Shown: positions 9,908-19,015 of the stretch, one piece after another | How positions within the stretch are numbered: the stretch's first letter is position 1 | How the letters are laid out: each line of letters opens with the position of its first letter | Source of the DNA: a virus | Reading direction: 5' to 3' (one strand) | Length of the DNA stretch: 64,000 nt | Virus record (IMG/VR): IMGVR_UViG_3300032288_003086 | Span: 1-64,000 of that record | The notes under the pieces: generated by a model | Seen by the model: the letters and a program-made list of their open reading frames with translations, nothing else | Databases searched by the model: none | Told to the model about the DNA's origin: nothing | Translations under genes and position numbers: made by a program

Positions 9908-10473
9908 TGGCTGAATCTACACCATACAAAAGAGTTCTTAAGAACAGTGAGAAGGAGGCTGCCCCAGCTTCTAAGAAGAATCCTTTGATTACTGACAAAT
10001 GTGTTGAGTATCTCAACTACAGGATTGAGCAGGAGGAGTATAGTTCCCGCATCTATCTTGCAATGTCCATGTGGTTGGAGGACAAAGGATATGTGAATGC
10101 TGCTAAGCTTTGGAAGAAGTATTCTACAGAGGAGCATGCGCACGCGGACTGGGCGCGCGTATATCTTCTTAGTCTTGGTATTCAACCAAAAACACCTGCA
10201 TTGAAAGAACCTCCACAAGACTTCTCAGGACTTCCTCAAATCATTAAGGATTCACATGCTCATGAAGTGGATATTACCAACCAGACCAAGGACTTATCTT
10301 CTCATGCTTTGGAGATGTCTGACCACATGCTTTATCAGCTTGGTTTACAGTATGTTAAAGAGCAAGTGGAAGAACTCAGCAAGCTTCAGAACTGGTTAGA
10401 CCAGTTGGAATCCTTTGGTGAGGATAAGATTGCAATGCGTCTTTTGGACCACGAAATGAAAGATTACCTCTAA
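9907..10473 (+). CDS. ftn: Non-haem ferritin (FtnA-like)
   Basis: Ferroxidase-centre pattern intact: EEYSSRIY, EEHAH, HE, EQVEE (E. coli FtnA has ELYSSLLY, EEMTH, HE, EQHEE). Carries a ~25-aa basic N-terminal extension. Confidence 0.9.
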   Translation: MAESTPYKRVLKNSEKEAAPASKKNPLITDKCVEYLNYRIEQEEYSSRIYLAMSMWLEDKGYVNAAKLWKKYSTEEHAHADWARVYLLSLGIQPKTPALKEPPQDFSGLPQIIKDSHAHEVDITNQTKDLSSHALEMSDHMLYQLGLQYVKEQVEELSKLQNWLDQLESFGEDKIAMRLLDHEMKDYL

Positions 10474-10487
10474 AAAATTTGGATATC

Positions 10488-10510
10488 AGGCAGAAATGCC
10501 TTATATTATA
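10488..10510 (+). promoter_or_regulatory. AGGCA-GAAA-TGCCT mini-hairpin followed by TATATTATA
   Basis: Intergenic. TTTG lies 20 nt upstream of the core (10478-10481), which matches Bacteroidota -33/-7 spacing. Confidence 0.55.
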
Positions 10511-10547
10511 AGTGTAATTTATATGTATAACTTAATCTAACAAAACA

Positions 10548-11903
10548 ATGGCTTATTTTAATCATGCGTTCCAGAAGCTTCTTCTAGGAACGAACCCTAC
10601 AGCCGTAGGTGCCAACTATACAAATGGTTGGTACACTGGCGCTCAAGGTGCAATTCAGACAGGTGGTAATGTAATTCCTGCATTGAATCTTGCTCCTGGT
10701 ACTCTTGCTGCTGTCACTGCTACTCCTGGTGATGGTTCAATTGGTGCAAACGTAGTTCTTAAAGGTGATGCTGCAGCTCCTACAATTGCTGCTGCTCCTC
10801 AGATCTATCTTGCACAAGGTTCAATCAACACTAAAGACAGGCTCGGTCCTTTCGCTGGTGGTTACCAAGAGTCTGTAAAGACCAAAGGTATCAACCCACG
10901 CTATGTGACCAAGTTCTGGAAGCAGTGTCCTTTGACTCCTGAAAATGAAGTAGTGGATGTATGTATCTGCGAAGGTGCTGAACCTCAGTGCGGTACCTCT
11001 TACTACTTGCGTATTGATCTTAAAGGATCTCCATTATTGCGCTTCCTCAGTCACAATGCGTACAAGACATTTGCATCTGAGAACTATTGCTGCCCTGCAG
11101 ATCCTTTGGCATCAACTGCATTGAGTACTGCAGATGCATTTGGTATTCTTGTTGACTGGACATGGCAAATCTTGTTTGATCCATGGATGAGTCAGTTTAT
11201 TGCTCCTGAGTTGACTAGCGATGCTGGTACTTGGACTTGGCAGGATATCCAAATATGGTGGGCTGCAAATGGCGGAAACAGTGTAAACCTTGCTGACAAA
11301 CCGTCTAAAGCTGAGTTGTATGCTGCATATATTGCTGCAGAAGGTACTCCTGCAACCCTTACTGGTGCTTGTATCATTCTTTACGGTGCTTATGTAAGTA
11401 CTGAATTTGGAACATGTTCCTTCCACCCACAAGATCATTATGAGTTGGAGCCTGTGAAGATCTATGCATCTATCACTGACCAACTTGGCGATCCTTGCGT
11501 AGACCAAATCTTCTGCATTGAAAAGACTACTCTTGCTCAACAAGGTTCTGGATATGGACATCGTTACATCCGCGACCTGATCCTATTCCGTCGCTACATG
11601 CAAGAGCATTATGTATATGATCCACGTCTGCGTGAAGTTATGGACCAGGATGTCATTACCAACTCTGGATTGGTGCCTACTGAGCAATACACTGAGTACA
11701 ACATCCTTCACAGTGTTCCTCGCTTCAACAATCCAACAGGTGTGTTTGACAATGATCAGTATATGATTACTGTTGTATTCCCATGTGAAAACACTGACTT
11801 CGAAGATTTCATGCAAGAGTATATTGATCTTGGTGGAAATGGTGTTACACTTGAGTCTATCAACGGTTTGACTTGTGCTTGTCCTACTCCGCCGATTCTG
11901 TAA
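10548..11903 (+). CDS. Putative auxiliary capsid protein
   Basis: 451 aa with MCP-like codon bias, its own promoter motif and a strong terminator, implying high copy. 'QGSGYG' and 'YTEYNILH' motifs. Synteny with the crAss-like auxiliary capsid gene. Confidence 0.65.
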   Translation: MAYFNHAFQKLLLGTNPTAVGANYTNGWYTGAQGAIQTGGNVIPALNLAPGTLAAVTATPGDGSIGANVVLKGDAAAPTIAAAPQIYLAQGSINTKDRLGPFAGGYQESVKTKGINPRYVTKFWKQCPLTPENEVVDVCICEGAEPQCGTSYYLRIDLKGSPLLRFLSHNAYKTFASENYCCPADPLASTALSTADAFGILVDWTWQILFDPWMSQFIAPELTSDAGTWTWQDIQIWWAANGGNSVNLADKPSKAELYAAYIAAEGTPATLTGACIILYGAYVSTEFGTCSFHPQDHYELEPVKIYASITDQLGDPCVDQIFCIEKTTLAQQGSGYGHRYIRDLILFRRYMQEHYVYDPRLREVMDQDVITNSGLVPTEQYTEYNILHSVPRFNNPTGVFDNDQYMITVVFPCENTDFEDFMQEYIDLGGNGVTLESINGLTCACPTPPIL

Positions 11904-11926
11904 GAATAACGGTTAAACCTAGTATC

Positions 11927-11973
11927 AAAAGGGGGAGTGAGAGTTAATACTCTCCTTCCCCTTTTATATTTTT
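11927..11973 (+). terminator. Intrinsic terminator
   Basis: AAAAGGGGGAGTGAGAGT-TAAT-ACTCTCCTTCCCCTTTTATATTTTT. Resembles the MCP terminator. Confidence 0.8.
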
Positions 11974-12009
11974 GAAAAATTCATTAAATTATATTAATAC
12001 CAGTCAGTT

Positions 12010-12645
12010 ATGGCAATCAAGCATCAACTTTCCCTGAACATTGTGGATGGGTGTAATCCCAACAATTTCAGTATCCTGGATACAAGCCTCTATGGCGCAG
12101 GTCTACCTATTAGCTGCCCTACTCTTGCCATAACAGTTCCTGGTACATCAGGGCCTGTATATTTTAGTCAGGGCACCTTACCCAATCCAGCGTTGAATCC
12201 CAACGATGATTATTATATCCTTCCCACATATAATTACCCTCCTACTCCTTACAGTGGTACTCCAAAGTTCAATCTAAGTATTGACAATGTGTTTTTACAT
12301 ATTCAGACTTCAGGAGAGAACTTAAGCCCCTTACCTGATGGATTGTATACAATCAGCTATTGTGTAGCCCCATGTGATAAACTTCAGGTAGAATACTACT
12401 ATCTTAGGACCACGGTTGCACTGAATCAATATGCATCGCTTCTGTGTAAACTACGCTTATCAGATTGCCTTCCTTCACAGGAGACACAAAACATGATTAA
12501 CCAGTTACATATTATCAAAATGTATCTTGATGCTGCCAAAGCCAGAGTTGAGGTATGCCATGCTCCAAATGAAGGGGTTGCATTGTATGAGTATGCTCTA
12601 AGGTTAATGGCAAACTGGGAAAGAACCTGTTGTTCAACTTGTTAA
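12010..12645 (+). CDS. Putative tail hub/vertex structural protein, Cys-rich C-terminus
   Basis: 211 aa with 'ILDTSLY' and 'LPDGLYTISY', ending TCCSTC. Synteny after the auxiliary capsid gene. Confidence 0.55.
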   Translation: MAIKHQLSLNIVDGCNPNNFSILDTSLYGAGLPISCPTLAITVPGTSGPVYFSQGTLPNPALNPNDDYYILPTYNYPPTPYSGTPKFNLSIDNVFLHIQTSGENLSPLPDGLYTISYCVAPCDKLQVEYYYLRTTVALNQYASLLCKLRLSDCLPSQETQNMINQLHIIKMYLDAAKARVEVCHAPNEGVALYEYALRLMANWERTCCSTC

Positions 12646-12675
12646 CTATCACTATAAACTAAAAACCAACAAACT

Positions 12676-12831
12676 ATGGCTAAAATAGCATGCCCTAATT
12701 GCGGTATCCAATGCACAGGATGTGCGGGTGCTAGAATCACAACAGCTTCTGATGGAAGAAAATGCTGTACCAAATGTCTTCCTAGGGTTGAAGCTGAGAT
12801 TAAAGCTAAATCATTAAGACCTAAAACATGA
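12676..12831 (+). CDS. Small Cys-rich protein (51 aa), not in ORF track
   Basis: MAKIACPNCGIQCTGCAGARITTASDGRKCCTKCLPRVEAEIKAKSLRPKT. Has an AAAACCAAC leader, fills the intergenic gap and overlaps the next gene by ATGA. Confidence 0.75.
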   Translation: MAKIACPNCGIQCTGCAGARITTASDGRKCCTKCLPRVEAEIKAKSLRPKT

Positions 12832-13073
12832 GTTGCAAAGTCACTCCTTCAACCTCTCCTGAGGACAAGATCCAGATTCTTATGGGAAACGAGGCGATGA
12901 ATAGATATCGCCAGGATCACTATGGGATGAATACATGTCGCATTGGGTATGATTACATGTATCTTGCTGATATGGCATTCCTATTGAAGATGACTTCATG
13001 TGCGGAAGAATCCTGCCATTGCTATTGCCAATGCTCTTATACAAGGGTTAAAGAGAAGATAAACATGTTATGA
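12828..13073 (+). CDS. Small Cys-rich protein
   Basis: 81 aa with SCAEESCHCYCQCS. ATGA overlaps at both ends. Confidence 0.7.
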   Translation: MSCKVTPSTSPEDKIQILMGNEAMNRYRQDHYGMNTCRIGYDYMYLADMAFLLKMTSCAEESCHCYCQCSYTRVKEKINML

Positions 13074-14674
13074 AGCCACTGGGCAAACCTGTAAATAATC
13101 TGGTAAAGTCATGCGAAGATGTGACAGCAACCTGTGTCATTTGGGATGGACCAAACATCTCAGCTGACTGCCTTGGTATACAGATATACCAGGGAGACAG
13201 TATTGTGCCCATTGTATATAACACTTTCAAAAGGTTTTGTGAGCTTCTGCAGAAGATTGATCTCAGTGCCATAGATTCCAGTTGTATTATTGATCTGACT
13301 TCTCCTCCTGATCAATTGGTTGAGTTGATTAATTTGATCAATGAAAAGCTTTGTGAGAACAATGTTCGCATTACCAAGGAAGAGAATAAGGCCTATGCTG
13401 CCAACATAGCGGGTCTACCATTCTGCCTGCAGATAAAAAGTGATACCATTACCATAACTAGGCTGCCTTTGGATGAACAGCTGGGTGTGGTATCCTCAAA
13501 GGTTTGTGAGGAATTGCAGGACATTGAGAATCTGAAATCACAATTAGATCCCAGTTTCACACCTACTCCTGACATTTATGTGCAGCTAGATGAGTTGCAA
13601 GATCAGATAGATGCCCAATGCAGTGTAGTTGTTCCTGATGTGACACTTACTTGCATTGCCCCTATTGGTATTCCTATGCCAGTGGAGGAGGCTTATCAGC
13701 TACTTGAAAAGGCATTTTGCACATTCAGGAATTTCACAGGTACTCCTTCGGAGTTACAGGCAGCTATTGCCAGGGATTGTCCAAATCTCAGCAGTTTGCC
13801 AGCTTTATCCAATACAGGATTAATGAGTGACATATATGGATGGATAGACAGTCCTATAAATGTTGCACAAAGCATGAGCAATCTATGGTTGACTATATGT
13901 GATTTGCGTACTGCAATTCGCAAGATATTAGACACTTGTTGCGCTGATACCCCGTGTCTTTCTTTTGATATAGGATACAAACTCAATTTTGATCCCAATG
14001 ATCAGTTTGTGGAAGTAATATTCCAAGATTTTTATAATGGTCCAACTCCTGTATTACCTCCAGGTCCTCCTAGTATCAATTGGATTTCTAGGATATTTAA
14101 TCTGGATAGGACAGCAAGCTATCTTTCTACTCCTCCTCCTTACCCAGCGTGGTTGGATCAAACTACTACTTCTGATTTCTTTGATATATCCACTGTGCAG
14201 ATAACCCTTAATGATGGATCTGGTGATTTTACACAGGATACAGGACTGACCATAATGCAGTTGATGGAGATTTTTCCCTTTGGATACCAATTCAACTATC
14301 CTGCAGGCTACAATCCCCAAGCCTTGGCAAAGACCATCAACATTGAATTCACATATTCCCATGTACTGAAGATTACCAATGCCCTTCCTAATATTCCATC
14401 TCCAGGTAAGGTTACATATCAGACAGCTACAAAGCATCCTTTTGTGGTGGGATCCAGAGTGGACATCATGAATGTCAATCCTTCTACCTATGATAACATG
14501 GATATAATTGTGACATCTGTTACTTCAGCATATGAATTTGTTGTGACAACTCCTACTATTCCTGCTCTTGGTGCATATGTTTCTGGTGGAAATGTGATAC
14601 AAAGTTCTCAAACCAGGAATTGTGAAGAGTGCGCATGTTGCTGCACATATTCAATAACAAACGGACTCTATTAA
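13070..14674 (+). CDS. Cys-rich tail fibre/fibre-base protein A
   Basis: 534 aa, paralogous to 14676..17876 (CV.WDGP.I; NLWLT.CD.R; ILD.CC). Coiled-coil stretches; ends CEECACCC. Confidence 0.6.
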   Translation: MKPLGKPVNNLVKSCEDVTATCVIWDGPNISADCLGIQIYQGDSIVPIVYNTFKRFCELLQKIDLSAIDSSCIIDLTSPPDQLVELINLINEKLCENNVRITKEENKAYAANIAGLPFCLQIKSDTITITRLPLDEQLGVVSSKVCEELQDIENLKSQLDPSFTPTPDIYVQLDELQDQIDAQCSVVVPDVTLTCIAPIGIPMPVEEAYQLLEKAFCTFRNFTGTPSELQAAIARDCPNLSSLPALSNTGLMSDIYGWIDSPINVAQSMSNLWLTICDLRTAIRKILDTCCADTPCLSFDIGYKLNFDPNDQFVEVIFQDFYNGPTPVLPPGPPSINWISRIFNLDRTASYLSTPPPYPAWLDQTTTSDFFDISTVQITLNDGSGDFTQDTGLTIMQLMEIFPFGYQFNYPAGYNPQALAKTINIEFTYSHVLKITNALPNIPSPGKVTYQTATKHPFVVGSRVDIMNVNPSTYDNMDIIVTSVTSAYEFVVTTPTIPALGAYVSGGNVIQSSQTRNCEECACCCTYSITNGLY

Positions 14675-14675
14675 T

Positions 14676-17600
14676 ATGAAACCAATCAGTTCCAATATAA
14701 AACCCAATAACAAGTGTCTGAATCCAGTCACTACCAAATGTGTAACATGGGATGGTCCAGATATTGTATGTCTGGATGGAACAGTACTTTGTAAAGGGCA
14801 AAGTGTTGAAACCACTCTGTATGCAATTGCCACCAAGCTTTGCCAGGTGATCAATGAACTGAATTTGGAGGGTATCAACCCATGTATCAATAACATTGAT
14901 GATGGAGGTGTTTCTGTAAATGTCAGTCAGAACTCCAGTTTACAAGAAGTTTTTTCAGCTATAATCCAAAAGCTCTGCGTATTGAATACCAGAGTTGAAG
15001 TCCTTGAAGGTGAAGAATGTGATGTTCCTAGGGTAATTGTTCCAGTTACAAGTTGTTTCAGGAATGTAAACTATCCTAATTGGAATGTGGAGACCCAGCC
15101 TGATTGGGATCCTGTTACTGAAAGTCTTCCTGCTACGACATTTGCAGAACTTGTAGCTGTTGCTGTTTGTGCAATGCTGGTGGATATAACAGCTCTCAAT
15201 TCATCTGTTGCCACTATCAATATGCAAATCCAGGACTTGTGGTTTGCATTGCAGAATTGTGCAAATAACTGTGACAATCTGGTTCTTCCTACTTGCACTT
15301 ATGACTTCACGTTGAATCCAGATGGAGAGCCTGTATCAGTACAGACTGCATTCAGCTGGCTAGAGCTGGACTATTGTTCTTTGAAGTCTGCCATAGGAAC
15401 TGAGGATGACATCACAGAAGCCATTTCAAAGCAGTGTCCTGATCTTGCATTTCAAGACAGGTTGTCCGCAGGTGGTCAAATGGGCGATGTTTCAGGATGG
15501 ATGAGCAATCCAATAACGCTTTCTGACAGCCTTGGCAATCTATGGTTGACAGTATGTGATATGCGTCAGGCTGTAGCAAATATCCTTGATGGATGTTGTT
15601 TCTCAGCATGTGACTATCTTGAGTTTGGATACAATCTATTTTGGGATCCACTTGGGGATTATGTTGATGTAATGTTCAGTGATACAATCCAACCTGGTGT
15701 AACTTATGTTTCATCAAGTACTCCTCCTGCAGGGGTGCCTGTGATTGCTACTCCTGGAGTAGCTCTTCCAGCTTGGGTGACTACCCAGTTTCCAACAGGA
15801 GTACAGACAAACATTATTCTTACAGTGAGTGATGGAACAGTTGCTGGTACATTTGACACAGGTGCTGTATTAAATTCCTGGGCGGTGGTCACTAATGCCA
15901 CACACAATGGATATAGGATAAACTTCTCTGCAATCCCTGGATATGACAAGACATCTGTGAATCAAAGTATAAATATATATTTCACATATAGTGTAAATAC
16001 TGGAACAAGTGTTACAGCATGTACCATAAACCAAACTGATGGTTTAGTTTTCCAATGCTGTGCTCCTAAGCCATACATCTGCGATGCCATGATTACTACT
16101 ACAAGTGATCCATTAGGTGTAGGATTAGAGCTTATGATCTCAGGAATTGTCTCTGAAGAGCCTTTGCTTTGGGATAGTTCTGTTACTTCTGCAGGAACAG
16201 GTACTGATACATTAGAAGATACAGGAGGTGTTGACTTCAATACTATAGGTATTACTACTGGTACTAATGCTGGATCTATTGTGTATATCAACTATAATAG
16301 CACTACTGGATCATATGATCAGTGCCGATACATAGTAAGTATAAATGCTGCGGATGAAATTCAAGTTGACTCTGATTGGAACCCTGTCTTGGTAGGTGGA
16401 GAGACTTATGTCATCAAAGATGCCTACTATAATGATTATCAAGATAGTCCTTGTGCATACAATGCTGGAACGTCAACAAATTATCTTACAGGATTCACAG
16501 TAAAAATAATCCTGATTGATTCAGCATTCAATCCTAATGATCCTAATACCTGGAATCTTGTTACACAGAATACAAATGTCTCATGGTCTGTCTTGACAAA
16601 TTCTCCAGGTTTTGTGGTTCCAAACGGAACTCTTGATCCTAATAAGGATTATACTGCTGCGATATATGCAAATTATGTCTGTGGAAAGTCCGAGTATTCT
16701 ATTCTTTATGGTAAGACAGCCATACTTGCTTCTGTACTATTGCAGAGCGGAACTCCTTCTCAGCCTGTCCCTGGCGTATTTCAAGGAACAACTTCTGTAT
16801 CAGTAGCCTATATAACAAGCAATGATACTACACCGAATCTTCCTGATCAAACAGCTACTTTCTCAGGACCTGCACAGTTCTCATTGGATCTTCCTACAGG
16901 TTCTAATGTCACACAGTTTCATATAATACCAAGTCCTGCGCCATGGATAAATACAGTGGGTGTATATCCTAAGAGTTTCTGCTATTGTGGATTGAATGTT
17001 CCAGGAAACGTATTTGGTACAGTGACTGTGGGTGGTAGTACTATTCCCACAAGGGACACTATCCTTGGACAATTTAGGGGATATGCTGTGCAACCGCTGT
17101 ATAATGATGTACTGAATAATTCATTGTTACCTATTCTTGACAACTCAGCTCCTCCTATCCCTTACCTGACAGATTCAATTAGTGACCCTAATTTGACATT
17201 CTCATCCAATACTCCTACTGTGGATGGTACTATAGCTGGAGGTATTGTGGCAAGTATACCTTCTACATTTACAGCTGGACTTTATCCTGTGATAGTAAGG
17301 TATAATCCAAACCCTTATAGGGTAATTCTTACCCAGGATTATCATACTCTGACACTTGATTTTGCTGAGTTTATAGTGAACAATAATAGACTTACACCTA
17401 TTGATATTGAAGTTAGGACAATTGCAGAAGTCCTAAGGTGGAATTCAAACAACAGTGTTTATGAAAGCTATAGTCCTACAAGAACTCTTACTTATAGCAC
17501 AGGTGTGCAGACTATCCCTGCTTCAACTAGTGTAACCTTTACTTTAGGTGCACCTTTGACAATGCTGTGCAAGTATGGTGATGCTGTTTATTTCCAATGG

Positions 17601-17876
17601 CAGTATCGTGTTAACTTTGGTGGAGGCTGGCTGCCTGTAACTCCCACTATTGATATAGCCTCACGGCTATTGGTTACACCATCTGCAACAGCTCCTGTAA
17701 ACTATTCATGTTCAGGATCACAACAGACATTGCAAAATGCATTATATCCTACAGCAAATAATAACAATGGCAATATACCTGTGAATCCTCAAGGATATGG
17801 ATTTATAGCAACATCATTCCTTGTGACAGAGGATTTTGATCTTGAAACACGTGTTACACTAGATGTCGATCCTTAA
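14676..17876 (+). CDS. Cys-rich tail fibre/fibre-base protein B
   Basis: 1066 aa. N-terminal ~330 aa paralogous to 13070..14674, followed by T/S/P-rich beta-sandwich-like domains. Confidence 0.6.
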   Translation: MKPISSNIKPNNKCLNPVTTKCVTWDGPDIVCLDGTVLCKGQSVETTLYAIATKLCQVINELNLEGINPCINNIDDGGVSVNVSQNSSLQEVFSAIIQKLCVLNTRVEVLEGEECDVPRVIVPVTSCFRNVNYPNWNVETQPDWDPVTESLPATTFAELVAVAVCAMLVDITALNSSVATINMQIQDLWFALQNCANNCDNLVLPTCTYDFTLNPDGEPVSVQTAFSWLELDYCSLKSAIGTEDDITEAISKQCPDLAFQDRLSAGGQMGDVSGWMSNPITLSDSLGNLWLTVCDMRQAVANILDGCCFSACDYLEFGYNLFWDPLGDYVDVMFSDTIQPGVTYVSSSTPPAGVPVIATPGVALPAWVTTQFPTGVQTNIILTVSDGTVAGTFDTGAVLNSWAVVTNATHNGYRINFSAIPGYDKTSVNQSINIYFTYSVNTGTSVTACTINQTDGLVFQCCAPKPYICDAMITTTSDPLGVGLELMISGIVSEEPLLWDSSVTSAGTGTDTLEDTGGVDFNTIGITTGTNAGSIVYINYNSTTGSYDQCRYIVSINAADEIQVDSDWNPVLVGGETYVIKDAYYNDYQDSPCAYNAGTSTNYLTGFTVKIILIDSAFNPNDPNTWNLVTQNTNVSWSVLTNSPGFVVPNGTLDPNKDYTAAIYANYVCGKSEYSILYGKTAILASVLLQSGTPSQPVPGVFQGTTSVSVAYITSNDTTPNLPDQTATFSGPAQFSLDLPTGSNVTQFHIIPSPAPWINTVGVYPKSFCYCGLNVPGNVFGTVTVGGSTIPTRDTILGQFRGYAVQPLYNDVLNNSLLPILDNSAPPIPYLTDSISDPNLTFSSNTPTVDGTIAGGIVASIPSTFTAGLYPVIVRYNPNPYRVILTQDYHTLTLDFAEFIVNNNRLTPIDIEVRTIAEVLRWNSNNSVYESYSPTRTLTYSTGVQTIPASTSVTFTLGAPLTMLCKYGDAVYFQWQYRVNFGGGWLPVTPTIDIASRLLVTPSATAPVNYSCSGSQQTLQNALYPTANNNNGNIPVNPQGYGFIATSFLVTEDFDLETRVTLDVDP

Positions 17877-17901
17877 TTCATAATAACATATATATAAAAC
17901 A

Positions 17902-19011
17902 ATGGCTAATAACACTAACTGCGAACCTTGTAACATAACAGCTACAGTTCCAGTAGCTCCTCCACCTACTTGTCCTGTGGAGGCTTGTGAGGAACTTGTC
18001 CCTACAGAGTGTGTGATAAACAACACGCTTAATGATAATTGCACATCACAGTTCTATCAATATGATACAGATGGTAGTTTGGTGACAAATAATGGTCTTC
18101 CTGTTCCACAGGTTCCTCCCATTCCATTGGGATTAACCATTACTCAGGGACAGAATTTGAACACCATTCTCACAAACATGATTGATGCGCAGAACTGCAA
18201 CTTCCAGCCCAATGTAATTGCAGGGATGTTGCAGGTCATTCAGGCAAATCCAAATCATCCTGTAAGTCAGATATTCTGTAATCTGGTATGCAGTTGTGTT
18301 TGCGATGTACCATGCGATGAGAATCTTACAGTGGATCAGGTTGTATTCAGTCCAATAGGACAGACTAGTGTGTCATTTACTTTCTACGCGCAGGCGGGAG
18401 TTACATATGATTTCACATTCATAAATACTACAGTCACTCCTCCTACTTCAAGTAGTTATACTGGATATACAGCAAGTCCTGGTAATGCAAATGTTACCAT
18501 TAATACAAACTCATTGTCTGGGTTTGATCCATTAGAACCAGATTCCAGGTATCAATTGTTCATCAATGCTTATACTGAAGAAGGAGAGTCCTGTCCAAAT
18601 GGTTCTTGGTTCTTTAGGACAAATGGTGATCCTGATTGTGAGTGTGATGATGTATTGATCAACCTTGTATTTGAGCCTGGTGTTACAGATTGCATTTCTT
18701 TTGATATTGTTTATGCGATTGCACCTGGACAACCTGCTCCTGAAGGTTACAATGTATTGATTACTCAAGGAACAACTTCTCCTGTTACCATATATGGTCC
18801 TACTTTCAATCCAGTTTCCACTACATCCAATGCTACTCCATTCTCTTATGGATGCACAGGAGGTCTTGTAAATGACACATACACAGTATATGTAGAGCCT
18901 GTATGTACTCAACTTCCTCCATGTATTGGTATAGAGATCTTTGAAACCTTTGAGATCACAGGTGTAGTAGTGTGCGATCCTCCAATAATCACAGGCGTAT
19001 CAATAGGATAA
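17902..19011 (+). CDS. Cys-rich structural protein with FN3/Ig-like domains
   Basis: 369 aa with CEPC and CSCVC. 'LEPDSRYQLFI' is an FN3-like strand. Confidence 0.55.
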   Translation: MANNTNCEPCNITATVPVAPPPTCPVEACEELVPTECVINNTLNDNCTSQFYQYDTDGSLVTNNGLPVPQVPPIPLGLTITQGQNLNTILTNMIDAQNCNFQPNVIAGMLQVIQANPNHPVSQIFCNLVCSCVCDVPCDENLTVDQVVFSPIGQTSVSFTFYAQAGVTYDFTFINTTVTPPTSSSYTGYTASPGNANVTINTNSLSGFDPLEPDSRYQLFINAYTEEGESCPNGSWFFRTNGDPDCECDDVLINLVFEPGVTDCISFDIVYAIAPGQPAPEGYNVLITQGTTSPVTIYGPTFNPVSTTSNATPFSYGCTGGLVNDTYTVYVEPVCTQLPPCIGIEIFETFEITGVVVCDPPIITGVSIG

Positions 19012-19015
19012 CAAG

